Assembly (NCBI GenBank): GCA_020632515.1
Contig: JACKFK010000005.1
Coordinates: 29,327 to 93,326, forward strand
DNA from: Candidatus Omnitrophota bacterium
GTDB taxonomy: Bacteria; Omnitrophota; Gorgyraeia; Zapsychrales; Zapsychraceae
Length of the DNA stretch: 64,000 bases
Direction: 5' to 3'
Part shown: positions 57,201 to 64,000 of the stretch, in pieces
Layout: each line of letters starts with the position of its first letter
Position numbering within the stretch: position 1 is the first letter of the stretch
Notes under the pieces: model-generated
The model's database searches: none
What the model saw: the letters and a program-made list of their open reading frames with translations, nothing else
What the model was told of the DNA's origin: nothing
Made by a program: the position numbers and the translations under genes

Positions 57201-58839
57201 AGGCCATAAGGTTAGTAAAGAAATTGCGGCAACTCGATATACGACGCCTGGTGTAGGATTAATTTCTCCACCGCCTCACCATGATATATATTCCATCGAA
57301 GATCTCGCGCAGCTAATTCACGATTTGAAAAATGCTAATCCAAAAGGAGATGTGAGTGTTAAGTTGGTTTCTGAAATTGGTGTTGGAACAATTGCTGCAG
57401 GGGTTTCTAAGGGAAAAGCGGATCACCTTTTAATTAGTGGGTATGAAGGCGGAACAGGCGCATCGCCGCAAACCTCAATTAAAAATGCCGGGCTTCCCAT
57501 GGAATTGGGGATAGCCGAAACGCAACAGGTTTTAGTTATGAATGATTTAAGAGGCCGTATAAGGGTTCAGACCGACGGACAGTTAAAGACTGGAAGAGAC
57601 GTTGCCATTGCAGCGATGTTGGGTGCGGATGAATTTGGTTTCTCAACGATTGCTTTAGTTACCATGGGGTGTATTTTATTAAGAAAATGCCATTTAAATA
57701 CATGTTCGGTGGGGATTGCCACGCAAGATAAAGATTTAAGGAAAAAGTTTTCAGGCAAGGCAGACTATGTTGTCAATTTTTTTAGTTTCGTTGCGCAAGA
57801 AGTTCGGGAAATTATGGCAGAATTAGGATTTCGAAAATTTGAAGATATGATCGGGCGAGTAGATATGTTAGAAACTCAAGAAGTCGTAAATCATTGGAAG
57901 GCCAAAGGACTTGATTTAATTAATATTTTACATAAGGCGGATGTTCCCGAGCAAGTTGCTATTCGTCATGTTGCACAACAAGATCACGGTTTAGAAAAAG
58001 CTTTGGATAATCGCTTAATTGAAAGCTGTCAGGAAGCTATCGAGCATAAAAGGCCTGTTCATTTTGATTGCAAAATTAAAAATACAAATCGAACTGTTGG
58101 GACAATGTTAAGCAGTGTTATAGCGAAGAAATATGGCTTAACAGGACTTCCGGAAAATACGATTAAAGTAAAATTTCAAGGGTCTGCCGGACAAAGTTTT
58201 GGGGCGTTTTTATCACAAGGGGTTTCTTTTACATTAGAAGGAGACGCTAATGATTATGTAGGAAAAGGATTGTCTGGCGGCAGGATTATTGTTCATCCTT
58301 CAAAGAAATCTAAACTTGTCCCCGAGGATAATATTATTGTTGGGAATGTTGTTTTATATGGAGCGATAAAAGGAGAGGCTTATTTTAGAGGTTTAGCGGG
58401 CGAGCGTTTTTGTGTTCGTAATAGCGGGGCTTTAACCGTTGTTGAAGGTGTAGGAGATCATTGTTGTGAATATATGACAGGTGGGCGAGTTGTAATATTG
58501 GGTGAGACAGGACGCAATTTTGCCGCAGGAATGAGCGGGGGGGTTGCTTATGTATGGGATCAAAAAGGAGATTTTCGAGATCATTGTAATATGGGAATGG
58601 TTGAATTGTTTTCAGTCGAAGATAAAGACGATATTCAAGAATTAAAAGCGTTGATAGAAAACCATTATACTTATACGGAAAGTACGGTTGCAAAGAAGAT
58701 ATTAGATAATTGGAATCAATCAATAAAACAATTTGTAAAAGTTTATCCAACTGATTATCGTCGAGTTATTGAAGAAAATAAATTAGCGCAATTAGAGATA
58801 AGCGAAGCCGAACGTGAAGAAGCAGTAGAACAGAATTAA
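54274..58839 (+). CDS. gltB: Glutamate synthase large subunit
   Basis: 1521 aa. Ntn amidotransferase start at ..HESCGVGF, followed by central, FMN and C-terminal GXGXG beta-helix domains. Confidence 0.96.
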   Translation: MINNGFFLPKKQALYDPSFEHESCGVGFVVNIKGKKSHEIVRNGVQILENLTHRGACGCDPETGDGAGILLQIPDAFFRKECSKLNIELPAEGDYGAGIVFLPQNLEERNKIEQWFEHIIHEEEQIFLGWRSVPHDSTKIGKVARSVEPEFKQVFVGRGKDTSPEDFERKLYVIRKRLFNTVQESILNQKSFYYFCSLSSKTIVYKGQLMAEQLDKFFLDLNDPDMVSALAMVHSRYSTNTFPTWALAHPYRMIAHNGEINTLRGNKNWMYAREKQFISDVFGEKDLKKTLSVIVPHGSDSATFDNVFEMLVLAGRSLPHVAMMMIPEAWNGHENMDKNKKSFYEYHSCLMEPWDGPASIGFTDGRYIGAVLDRNGLRPSRYWLTTDDKIIMASETGVLDIPEENILKKGRLQPGKMFLVDTKEGRIIDDEELKKEIATQNPYEQWLKENILDLEDLPLPKKVQGLNEKTLIERQKAFGYTLEDLKIILQPMAMTGIEATGSMGADTPLSVLSTRPTLLFTYFKQLFAQVTNPPIDPIREEIVMAEDVMLGAEGNLLEESPYHCRRIRLKKPILTNEELEKIRAVKQAGLKSKTFSMVFNASDGKAGLEKSLEELFNQVDEAIQKGLNIIVLSDRAVNKENVPMPSLLACSGLHHHLIRQGTRTKVSIVLETGEAREMHHFAVLIGYGANAINPYLAFETIESEIKNKIYPSDITFYEAQKNYIKSTRKGLFKIISKMGISTIQSYCGAQIFEAVGLELAFIKKYFTATPSRIGGIGIETVAEEMIRRHKAAYPQENTYDNMLDIGGDYHWRQEGEHHQLNPKTIALLQHSVRSGDYRIFKQYAKLVNEQQTNLANIRGLLKFKKGKSIPIEEVEPVSEIVKRFATGAMSYGSISKEAHETLAIAMNRLGGFSNTGEGGEDPDRFKKDANGDWRRSRIKQVAQGRFGVTIEYLVNSDQMQIKMAQGAKPGEGGQLPGHKVSKEIAATRYTTPGVGLISPPPHHDIYSIEDLAQLIHDLKNANPKGDVSVKLVSEIGVGTIAAGVSKGKADHLLISGYEGGTGASPQTSIKNAGLPMELGIAETQQVLVMNDLRGRIRVQTDGQLKTGRDVAIAAMLGADEFGFSTIALVTMGCILLRKCHLNTCSVGIATQDKDLRKKFSGKADYVVNFFSFVAQEVREIMAELGFRKFEDMIGRVDMLETQEVVNHWKAKGLDLINILHKADVPEQVAIRHVAQQDHGLEKALDNRLIESCQEAIEHKRPVHFDCKIKNTNRTVGTMLSSVIAKKYGLTGLPENTIKVKFQGSAGQSFGAFLSQGVSFTLEGDANDYVGKGLSGGRIIVHPSKKSKLVPEDNIIVGNVVLYGAIKGEAYFRGLAGERFCVRNSGALTVVEGVGDHCCEYMTGGRVVILGETGRNFAAGMSGGVAYVWDQKGDFRDHCNMGMVELFSVEDKDDIQELKALIENHYTYTESTVAKKILDNWNQSIKQFVKVYPTDYRRVIEENKLAQLEISEAEREEAVEQN

Positions 58840-58854
58840 GAGGTTAATAACACT

Positions 58855-60288
58855 ATGGGTGAAATTACAGGATTTATGAAGTATGACAGGAAAGATTTTG
58901 AAAAACAACCTGTCGATGAACGATTAAAACACTGGAAAGAATTTAATAAAGAAATGTCTGTCGAAGACATTCGAACTCAGGGAGCTCGGTGCATGGATTG
59001 TGGGGTTCCTTTTTGTCAATCCGGATGTCCCATAAATAATATTATACCTGATTGGAACGATCTTATTTATCGCGATCATTGGAAAGAAGCGATAGAACGG
59101 CTTCATAAAACAAATAATTTTCCTGAATTTACTGGCCGGGTTTGTCCTGCTCCTTGTGAAAATTCTTGTGTTCTTTCGATTAATGAACCTGCTGTTACAA
59201 TTAAAAACATTGAAGTATCTATTATAGAGAAAGCTTATCAAGAAGGATGGATAAAACCGACAGCTCCTAAAAATCGCTCAGGAAAAAAAATAGCTGTTGT
59301 TGGTTCAGGGCCTGCAGGATTAGCTTGCGCAGATCAGCTTAATAAAGCCGGACATGCCGTTACTGTGTATGAAAAAAATGAAGTTCCAGGGGGATTATTA
59401 ACACTCGGTATTCCAGATTTCAAGATGGAAAAATGGGTTGTTGAACGTCGACTGAAAATAATGGAAAAAGAAGGTGTAAAGTTTAAAACAAAAACACATA
59501 TCGGTGTTGATATTCCAGTAAAGAAGTTGGTTGATGAATACGATGCTGTAGTTTTATGTGGTGGGGCTGAACAGCCGAGAGATTTAGAGGTTCCTGGGCG
59601 TGAATTAGAAGGCGTCTATTTTGCGATGGAGTTTTTAACGCAGCAGAATCGTGTGTTGTTGGGGCAAAAGATTGATCCAAAAAATAGGATTAATGTCGAA
59701 GGAAAAAATGTTGTTGTTTTAGGCGGAGGCGATACAGGTTCTGATTGTATTGGGACGTCTAATCGACAAAAAGCCGCGTCTGTTAGAAATTTTGAATTAT
59801 TACCCAGACCGCCAAAAGAAAGAGCAGCGGATAATCCTTGGCCTAATTGGGCTTTTATTGAAAGAAATTCAACGTCACATGAAGAAGGTGTTGAGAGAGA
59901 ATTTGCGGTATTAACTAAAAAGCTTAGCGGAGAAGATGGGAAGTTAAAAAAGCTTCACGGGGTTCGTTTAGAATTCGGGCTCAAAGATCCTGAAACAGGA
60001 CGAAGCCCGATGAAAGAAATTCCCGGTTCAGAATTTGAGATTGATGTGGATGTTGTTTTGCTGGCCATGGGATTTTTAGGGCCTGTTAAAAATGGAATGT
60101 TAACTGAATTGGGTGTTGAATTGGATGCGCGGGGAAATGTTAAGGCGGACAACAATAAGATGACCAGCATTCCAGGTGTTTTTACTGCCGGGGATATGAC
60201 TCGAGGACAATCATTGGTTGTTTGGGCTATTCAAGAAGGTAGGGCTGCTGCTCGAGGTGTTCATCAATATCTAACTACTGAAAAATAG
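58855..60288 (+). CDS. gltD: Glutamate synthase small subunit (NADPH)
   Basis: 477 aa. Fe-S Cys clusters (CMDCGVPFCQSGCP), and the dinucleotide folds VVGSGPAGLA and VLGGGDTGSDC. Confidence 0.95.
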   Translation: MGEITGFMKYDRKDFEKQPVDERLKHWKEFNKEMSVEDIRTQGARCMDCGVPFCQSGCPINNIIPDWNDLIYRDHWKEAIERLHKTNNFPEFTGRVCPAPCENSCVLSINEPAVTIKNIEVSIIEKAYQEGWIKPTAPKNRSGKKIAVVGSGPAGLACADQLNKAGHAVTVYEKNEVPGGLLTLGIPDFKMEKWVVERRLKIMEKEGVKFKTKTHIGVDIPVKKLVDEYDAVVLCGGAEQPRDLEVPGRELEGVYFAMEFLTQQNRVLLGQKIDPKNRINVEGKNVVVLGGGDTGSDCIGTSNRQKAASVRNFELLPRPPKERAADNPWPNWAFIERNSTSHEEGVEREFAVLTKKLSGEDGKLKKLHGVRLEFGLKDPETGRSPMKEIPGSEFEIDVDVVLLAMGFLGPVKNGMLTELGVELDARGNVKADNNKMTSIPGVFTAGDMTRGQSLVVWAIQEGRAAARGVHQYLTTEK

Positions 60289-60347
60289 GACGGTTTTATT
60301 AAATTCAAAATTATGATAATGATGATCAATCCATTTGGAGGTGTATT

Positions 60348-60902
60348 ATGAAAAAACATTTTGTCTGGCTATTTTTAGGACTATTTATTATTAACGGATG
60401 TGGTCAAAAGAAAGAAGAAACGAAATTTCAAGGGGTCACAGCTAAAAAAGATTTTATTGCGGAAGGAATGGAGCATTTGAAAAGAGGAGATATTCCTCGC
60501 TCAATTTATAGTTTTGATATGGCGATAAAAAATGAGCCTACTAACATCAATAATTATATTATTCTTGGCCAGGTATATATGCGGTTAAATAATTTTGACC
60601 GGGCTGTAGACACTCTTTCAGCTGCTACAAGGGTAGATCAAAACAACGGCGAAATCTATTATCTTTTGGCAACGAGTAAAGCACTTCAAGGAAAAAGAGA
60701 AGACGCCATTAAAATTGCTCAGCGCAGTGTGGATATTTTTATGAGTCAACGAGATGAAGAACATTTTAAAGCTGCGGTCGCTTTATTAAAAAGTTTAACA
60801 GAAGCTCCACCTCCAGAGTCGGTTTCTCAAGATGTGTCTGATGAAGAGAACGCACAAATGATAGATAACATCGCAGAAGATATTAAAAAGCGTTATCAAT
60901 AA
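60348..60902 (+). CDS. TPR-repeat lipoprotein
   Basis: Lipobox IINGCG, followed by 3-4 TPR-like units and an acidic tail. Confidence 0.65.
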   Translation: MKKHFVWLFLGLFIINGCGQKKEETKFQGVTAKKDFIAEGMEHLKRGDIPRSIYSFDMAIKNEPTNINNYIILGQVYMRLNNFDRAVDTLSAATRVDQNNGEIYYLLATSKALQGKREDAIKIAQRSVDIFMSQRDEEHFKAAVALLKSLTEAPPPESVSQDVSDEENAQMIDNIAEDIKKRYQ

Positions 60903-60952
60903 GGTATCTTTCCTTAATTTACTCTGTAAACCAGATTTTTTTAGTATATAAT

Positions 60953-60994
60953 AAAAAAGACTAACTTAAGAAAATTAAGCTAGTCTTTTTTATT
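60953..60994 (+). terminator. Intrinsic terminator
   Basis: AAAAAAGACTAACTTAA - GAAAA - TTAAGCTAGTCTTTTTT (one mismatch), with a T-run following. Confidence 0.75.
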
Positions 60995-61047
60995 TTATAA
61001 GACTCTTTCCATAATTTTAGTTAAAAATTTATAATGTCGTGTTTATT

Positions 61048-61893
61048 ATGTTTTGGATTGGTCGAGCAACATCCTTTATTTTAACTATTTCTATTTTAGC
61101 CTCTCCTTCTATGGTTTTTGCAGGAGGTTTAGTTGCTGTGCAGCAACAAGCTGTGCAACGACAACAACAGGCCTACCAACAAGCGCTAATTCAACAACAA
61201 CAAGCCGCGTATCAGCAAGCTGTGCAGCAACAACAATCGGCAGTGCAACAGCAATATCTTCAACAACAACGGCAGGCGCAATTGCAATCTTATAATCAAG
61301 CGGTCCAACAACAAGTTTATGAACAAATGATCAAACAAAGGCAGGCTCAGCAGCAGCAAGTTTATCAACAGGCTTACGCGCAGGCTGTGCAGCAAAAAAC
61401 TTATCAGGCAGCGGCGCAGGCACGGGCTGTTGGGGAACAACAAGTTTTACAGCAACAAATTTATAATAAAGCGATAGAGAGAAAAATTCAGGAAGAAAGA
61501 TTTCAGCAAGCAAAAGTTTTAACTAATCAAATTTATGATGAAACCGAAGAGATTGTCGGTTTGAAAAAAATTTGGGAAGAATTAGAAATTACAAGTGAAG
61601 TCTGGCCGCAAATTATAGATCGAGAGCCTAAAAGACTAAGTATTCAACGCCAGATAGATTTATATAAAGAACAAGGGATTAATATTTATAAAAGTGCGGA
61701 TCATTATATTGGGATGATTGATAGCTTATCAATAAATAATCCTAGTTTACTGAAAAATCCATTTGAGAAGGTTGTAATGTTGGTCGCTGTTCTTGAGTAT
61801 GATTTTGATAATGGACAAGATAGAGATTCCTTAGCAAGACAAATTTTAGGTGGAAAATTGTATGAAGAAAATAAGAGGCGATTAGGACGATAG
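61048..61893 (+). CDS. Secreted Gln/Ala/Tyr-rich repeat protein with an unassigned C-terminal domain
   Basis: Signal peptide MFWIGRATSFILTISILASPSMVFAGG. Then about 130 residues of quasi-repeats ([AVY][VY]QQQ...), then a non-repetitive domain of about 120 aa. The ORF is open from GTG 61039. Confidence 0.6.
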   Translation: MFWIGRATSFILTISILASPSMVFAGGLVAVQQQAVQRQQQAYQQALIQQQQAAYQQAVQQQQSAVQQQYLQQQRQAQLQSYNQAVQQQVYEQMIKQRQAQQQQVYQQAYAQAVQQKTYQAAAQARAVGEQQVLQQQIYNKAIERKIQEERFQQAKVLTNQIYDETEEIVGLKKIWEELEITSEVWPQIIDREPKRLSIQRQIDLYKEQGINIYKSADHYIGMIDSLSINNPSLLKNPFEKVVMLVAVLEYDFDNGQDRDSLARQILGGKLYEENKRRLGR

Positions 61894-61902
61894 TCTAAAA
61901 GA

Positions 61903-63399
61903 ATGAAAAAAAAATATATTTTAGCAATAGATCAGGGGACAACAGGAACAAGAGCCTTTATTTTCAACAATAAAGGAATAACGGTTGCTAGTGCCTATAA
62001 GGAATTTAAACAATATTATCCTTATCCTGGATGGGTTGAGCATGATGCCCAAGAGATATGGAAATCTTGCAAAGATGTAATTAATGCCTCGATACGAAAA
62101 GCGAATATTTCTTCCACGCAAATCGCAGGCATTGGAATTACGAATCAACGAGAAACTACAGTATTGTGGGATAGAAAAACATCTAAGCCAGTGGCTAGAG
62201 CAATTGTTTGGCAGTGCCGAAGAACGGCTCAAATATGTCAATCATTAAAGAGATATGAAAACATCTTTCGTCGGAAAACCGGGCTTGTTTTGGATCCTTA
62301 TTTTTCCGGAACAAAGATCAAATGGTTGTTGGATCAGTATAAAGGGTTGCGAACAAAGGCGGAGAAAGGAAGTCTCTGTTTTGGGACGATCGATAGTTGG
62401 ATTATTTGGAATCTTACCGGAGGCAAGGCGCATGTTACAGATTATACAAATGCGTCGAGAACATTAATTTTTAATATAAAAACTAAAAGCTGGGATGCAG
62501 AGTTATTGAAAATATTAAAAATACCAAAAAGAATTTTACCGAAGGTTCAGAAATCTGGATCAATTTTTGGGCATACAAATAAAAATGCGCGAAATCGTGA
62601 TTTAAAAATTTTAGATGGTGTCGCGATATCGTCTGTTCTTGGAGATCAACAGGCTGCTTTATATGGTCAAGGATGTCATCAGCCAGGCACGATTAAAAAT
62701 ACTTATGGAACAGGATGTTTTATGGTTCTTAATACAGGACAAAAAAGGGTGCTGTCCAAAAAAGGATTGCTCACGACGCTGGCAAGCGATGAAAAAGGAA
62801 ATCCTGTTTATGCGTTGGAAGGATCTGTTTTTATTGCCGGAGCCGTTGTTCAATGGTTAAGGGATGAATTAGGCGTTATCAAGATTTCGAAGGAAACTGA
62901 ATTGTTGATCAAAGATGTTGCGGATACACAAGGGGTTTATTTTGTTCCGGCGTTTTCTGGGTTGGGAGCTCCTTATTGGGATAGTAAAGCCAGGGGGGTG
63001 ATCAGCGGTTTAACGCGGGGAGCAAATGCAAAACATATTATTCGCGCTTCTTTAGAAGCTATTGCTTATCAAACCAAAGATGTTTTTGATGTTATGAAGA
63101 AAGAATTAAATAAAAAGTTGAATGATTTAAAGGTCGACGGAGGAGCTAGCTCAAATGGTTTTTTAATGCAGTTTCAAGCGGATATTCTAAATTGTAGAAT
63201 AATACGTCCCAAAAATGTTGATACTACAGTATTAGGTGCCGCGTTATTAGCAGGCGTAACAGTTGGTTTATGGGAAGGGAAAAAAGATTTGGACAAGATT
63301 AATAAAACAGAACGTATTTTCTATCCAAAAATGACTACGAAACGACGGACAGAATTATATTCTGGCTGGGTAAAAGCTGTTAATAAAGCCAGAGCCTAA
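61903..63399 (+). CDS. glpK: Glycerol kinase
   Basis: ILAIDQGTTGTRAF, GITNQRETT, and FGGY-family C-terminal motifs. Confidence 0.95.
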   Translation: MKKKYILAIDQGTTGTRAFIFNNKGITVASAYKEFKQYYPYPGWVEHDAQEIWKSCKDVINASIRKANISSTQIAGIGITNQRETTVLWDRKTSKPVARAIVWQCRRTAQICQSLKRYENIFRRKTGLVLDPYFSGTKIKWLLDQYKGLRTKAEKGSLCFGTIDSWIIWNLTGGKAHVTDYTNASRTLIFNIKTKSWDAELLKILKIPKRILPKVQKSGSIFGHTNKNARNRDLKILDGVAISSVLGDQQAALYGQGCHQPGTIKNTYGTGCFMVLNTGQKRVLSKKGLLTTLASDEKGNPVYALEGSVFIAGAVVQWLRDELGVIKISKETELLIKDVADTQGVYFVPAFSGLGAPYWDSKARGVISGLTRGANAKHIIRASLEAIAYQTKDVFDVMKKELNKKLNDLKVDGGASSNGFLMQFQADILNCRIIRPKNVDTTVLGAALLAGVTVGLWEGKKDLDKINKTERIFYPKMTTKRRTELYSGWVKAVNKARA

Positions 63400-63429
63400 T
63401 TAAAAAAATCTGCCACAATCCACTAAGAG

Positions 63430-64000
63430 ATGATTCGAGATATTCAAAAATTAAAAGAAGGCCCTTTTGATTTGCTTGTTATAGGCGGGGGGATTAACGG
63501 CAGCGCTATCGCGAATTTAGCGGCAGACGCAGGGTTGCGCACGGCTTTATTAGAAAAAGGAGATTTTGCCAGCGGGACATCGAGTAAATCAACCAAACTT
63601 TTGCATGGGGGGTTGCGTTATTTAGAAAGTTTTGAATTTGGACTTGTTCATGAGTCTTTAAAAGAAAGAACAATTCATTTTAAAAGTTCTCCGCATTTGA
63701 CAAAGCATTTAAGGTTTCTGATACCGATTTATAAGACGGATAAGCGCCCGTTTTGGATGTTAAAGATTGGAATGTTTTTGTATGATTTTTTAAGCGGAAA
63801 ACATTTAATACAAAAACATGAAATTTTAACCGCGGAAGAGGTTTTACTCAAGGAACCCTCTTTGGCTAGTAAAGATTTAATTGGTGGGGTTATTTATTCG
63901 GATGTTCAAATGAATGATGCTAGGTTTTGTTTAGAAAATGTTTTAAGCGCACAGGAAAAAGGAGCGTGTGTTGCTAATTACGTGGAAGTAAAGTCTATCA
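63430..64000 (+). CDS. glpD: Glycerol-3-phosphate dehydrogenase/oxidase (FAD), N-terminal part; runs off the window
   Basis: Hand translation MIRDIQKLKEGPFDLLVIGGGINGSAIANLAADAGLRTALLEKGDFASGTSSKSTKLLHGGLRYLE, which is the GlpD N-terminus. Confidence 0.88.
   Translation, partial: MIRDIQKLKEGPFDLLVIGGGINGSAIANLAADAGLRTALLEKGDFASGTSSKSTKLLHGGLRYLESFEFGLVHESLKERTIHFKSSPHLTKHLRFLIPIYKTDKRPFWMLKIGMFLYDFLSGKHLIQKHEILTAEEVLLKEPSLASKDLIGGVIYSDVQMNDARFCLENVLSAQEKGACVANYVEVKSI

Noticed and set aside
61053-61513. Three overlapping ORFs (two minus-strand, one plus-strand in another frame) in the Gln-rich gene.
   Set aside because: They are frame artefacts of the CAG/CAA repeat tract. Only the frame with a signal peptide and a non-repetitive C-terminal domain is credible.

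Overview
An AT-rich bacterial chromosome segment that spans the replication-origin region. It is almost entirely core housekeeping and central-metabolism genes. I saw no transposases, integrases, phage genes, CRISPR arrays or recognisable defence genes.

Layout:
- gyrB, a DUF721/DciA-like gene, dnaN and dnaA lie on the minus strand (1-4346).
- A roughly 430-bp AT-rich dnaA-rpmH spacer follows and is the likely oriC.
- Nearly everything after it is on the plus strand: rpmH, yidC, a Jag_N-only gene, parS-parA-parB, ndk, yicC, gmk, rpoZ, coaC, tRNA-Cys/Leu/Val, thrS-infC-rpmI-rplT, trkAH and pheST.
- Next come a 6S-RNA-like structured RNA, rarA, 5-formyl-THF cyclo-ligase, rny-ymdB, a PilZ protein, gltX, a TPR membrane glycosyltransferase-like protein (minus strand) and a CPA2 antiporter.
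- Then a beta-phosphoglucomutase / trehalose-phosphatase / GH65 phosphorylase cluster, sucCD, the Na+-NQR operon nqrABCDEF with a convergent nqrM, and a roughly 14-kb nitrogen-assimilation block.
- The nitrogen block is GAF-GAF-ANTAR regulator, amtB-glnK, type III glutamine synthetase, a GATase, nadE and gltBD. After it come a TPR lipoprotein, a Gln-rich secreted protein, glpK and partial glpD.

The most interesting signal is RNA-level. The leader between the ANTAR gene and amtB carries three tandem intrinsic terminators. Each is overlapped by a small hexaloop hairpin of the ANTAR-target type (loop A at position 1, G at position 4). The type III GS leader carries a fourth such unit. This suggests a one-component GAF-ANTAR antitermination regulon for nitrogen assimilation.

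All calls come from reading the ORF translations and hand-folding. No database search or folding program was run.
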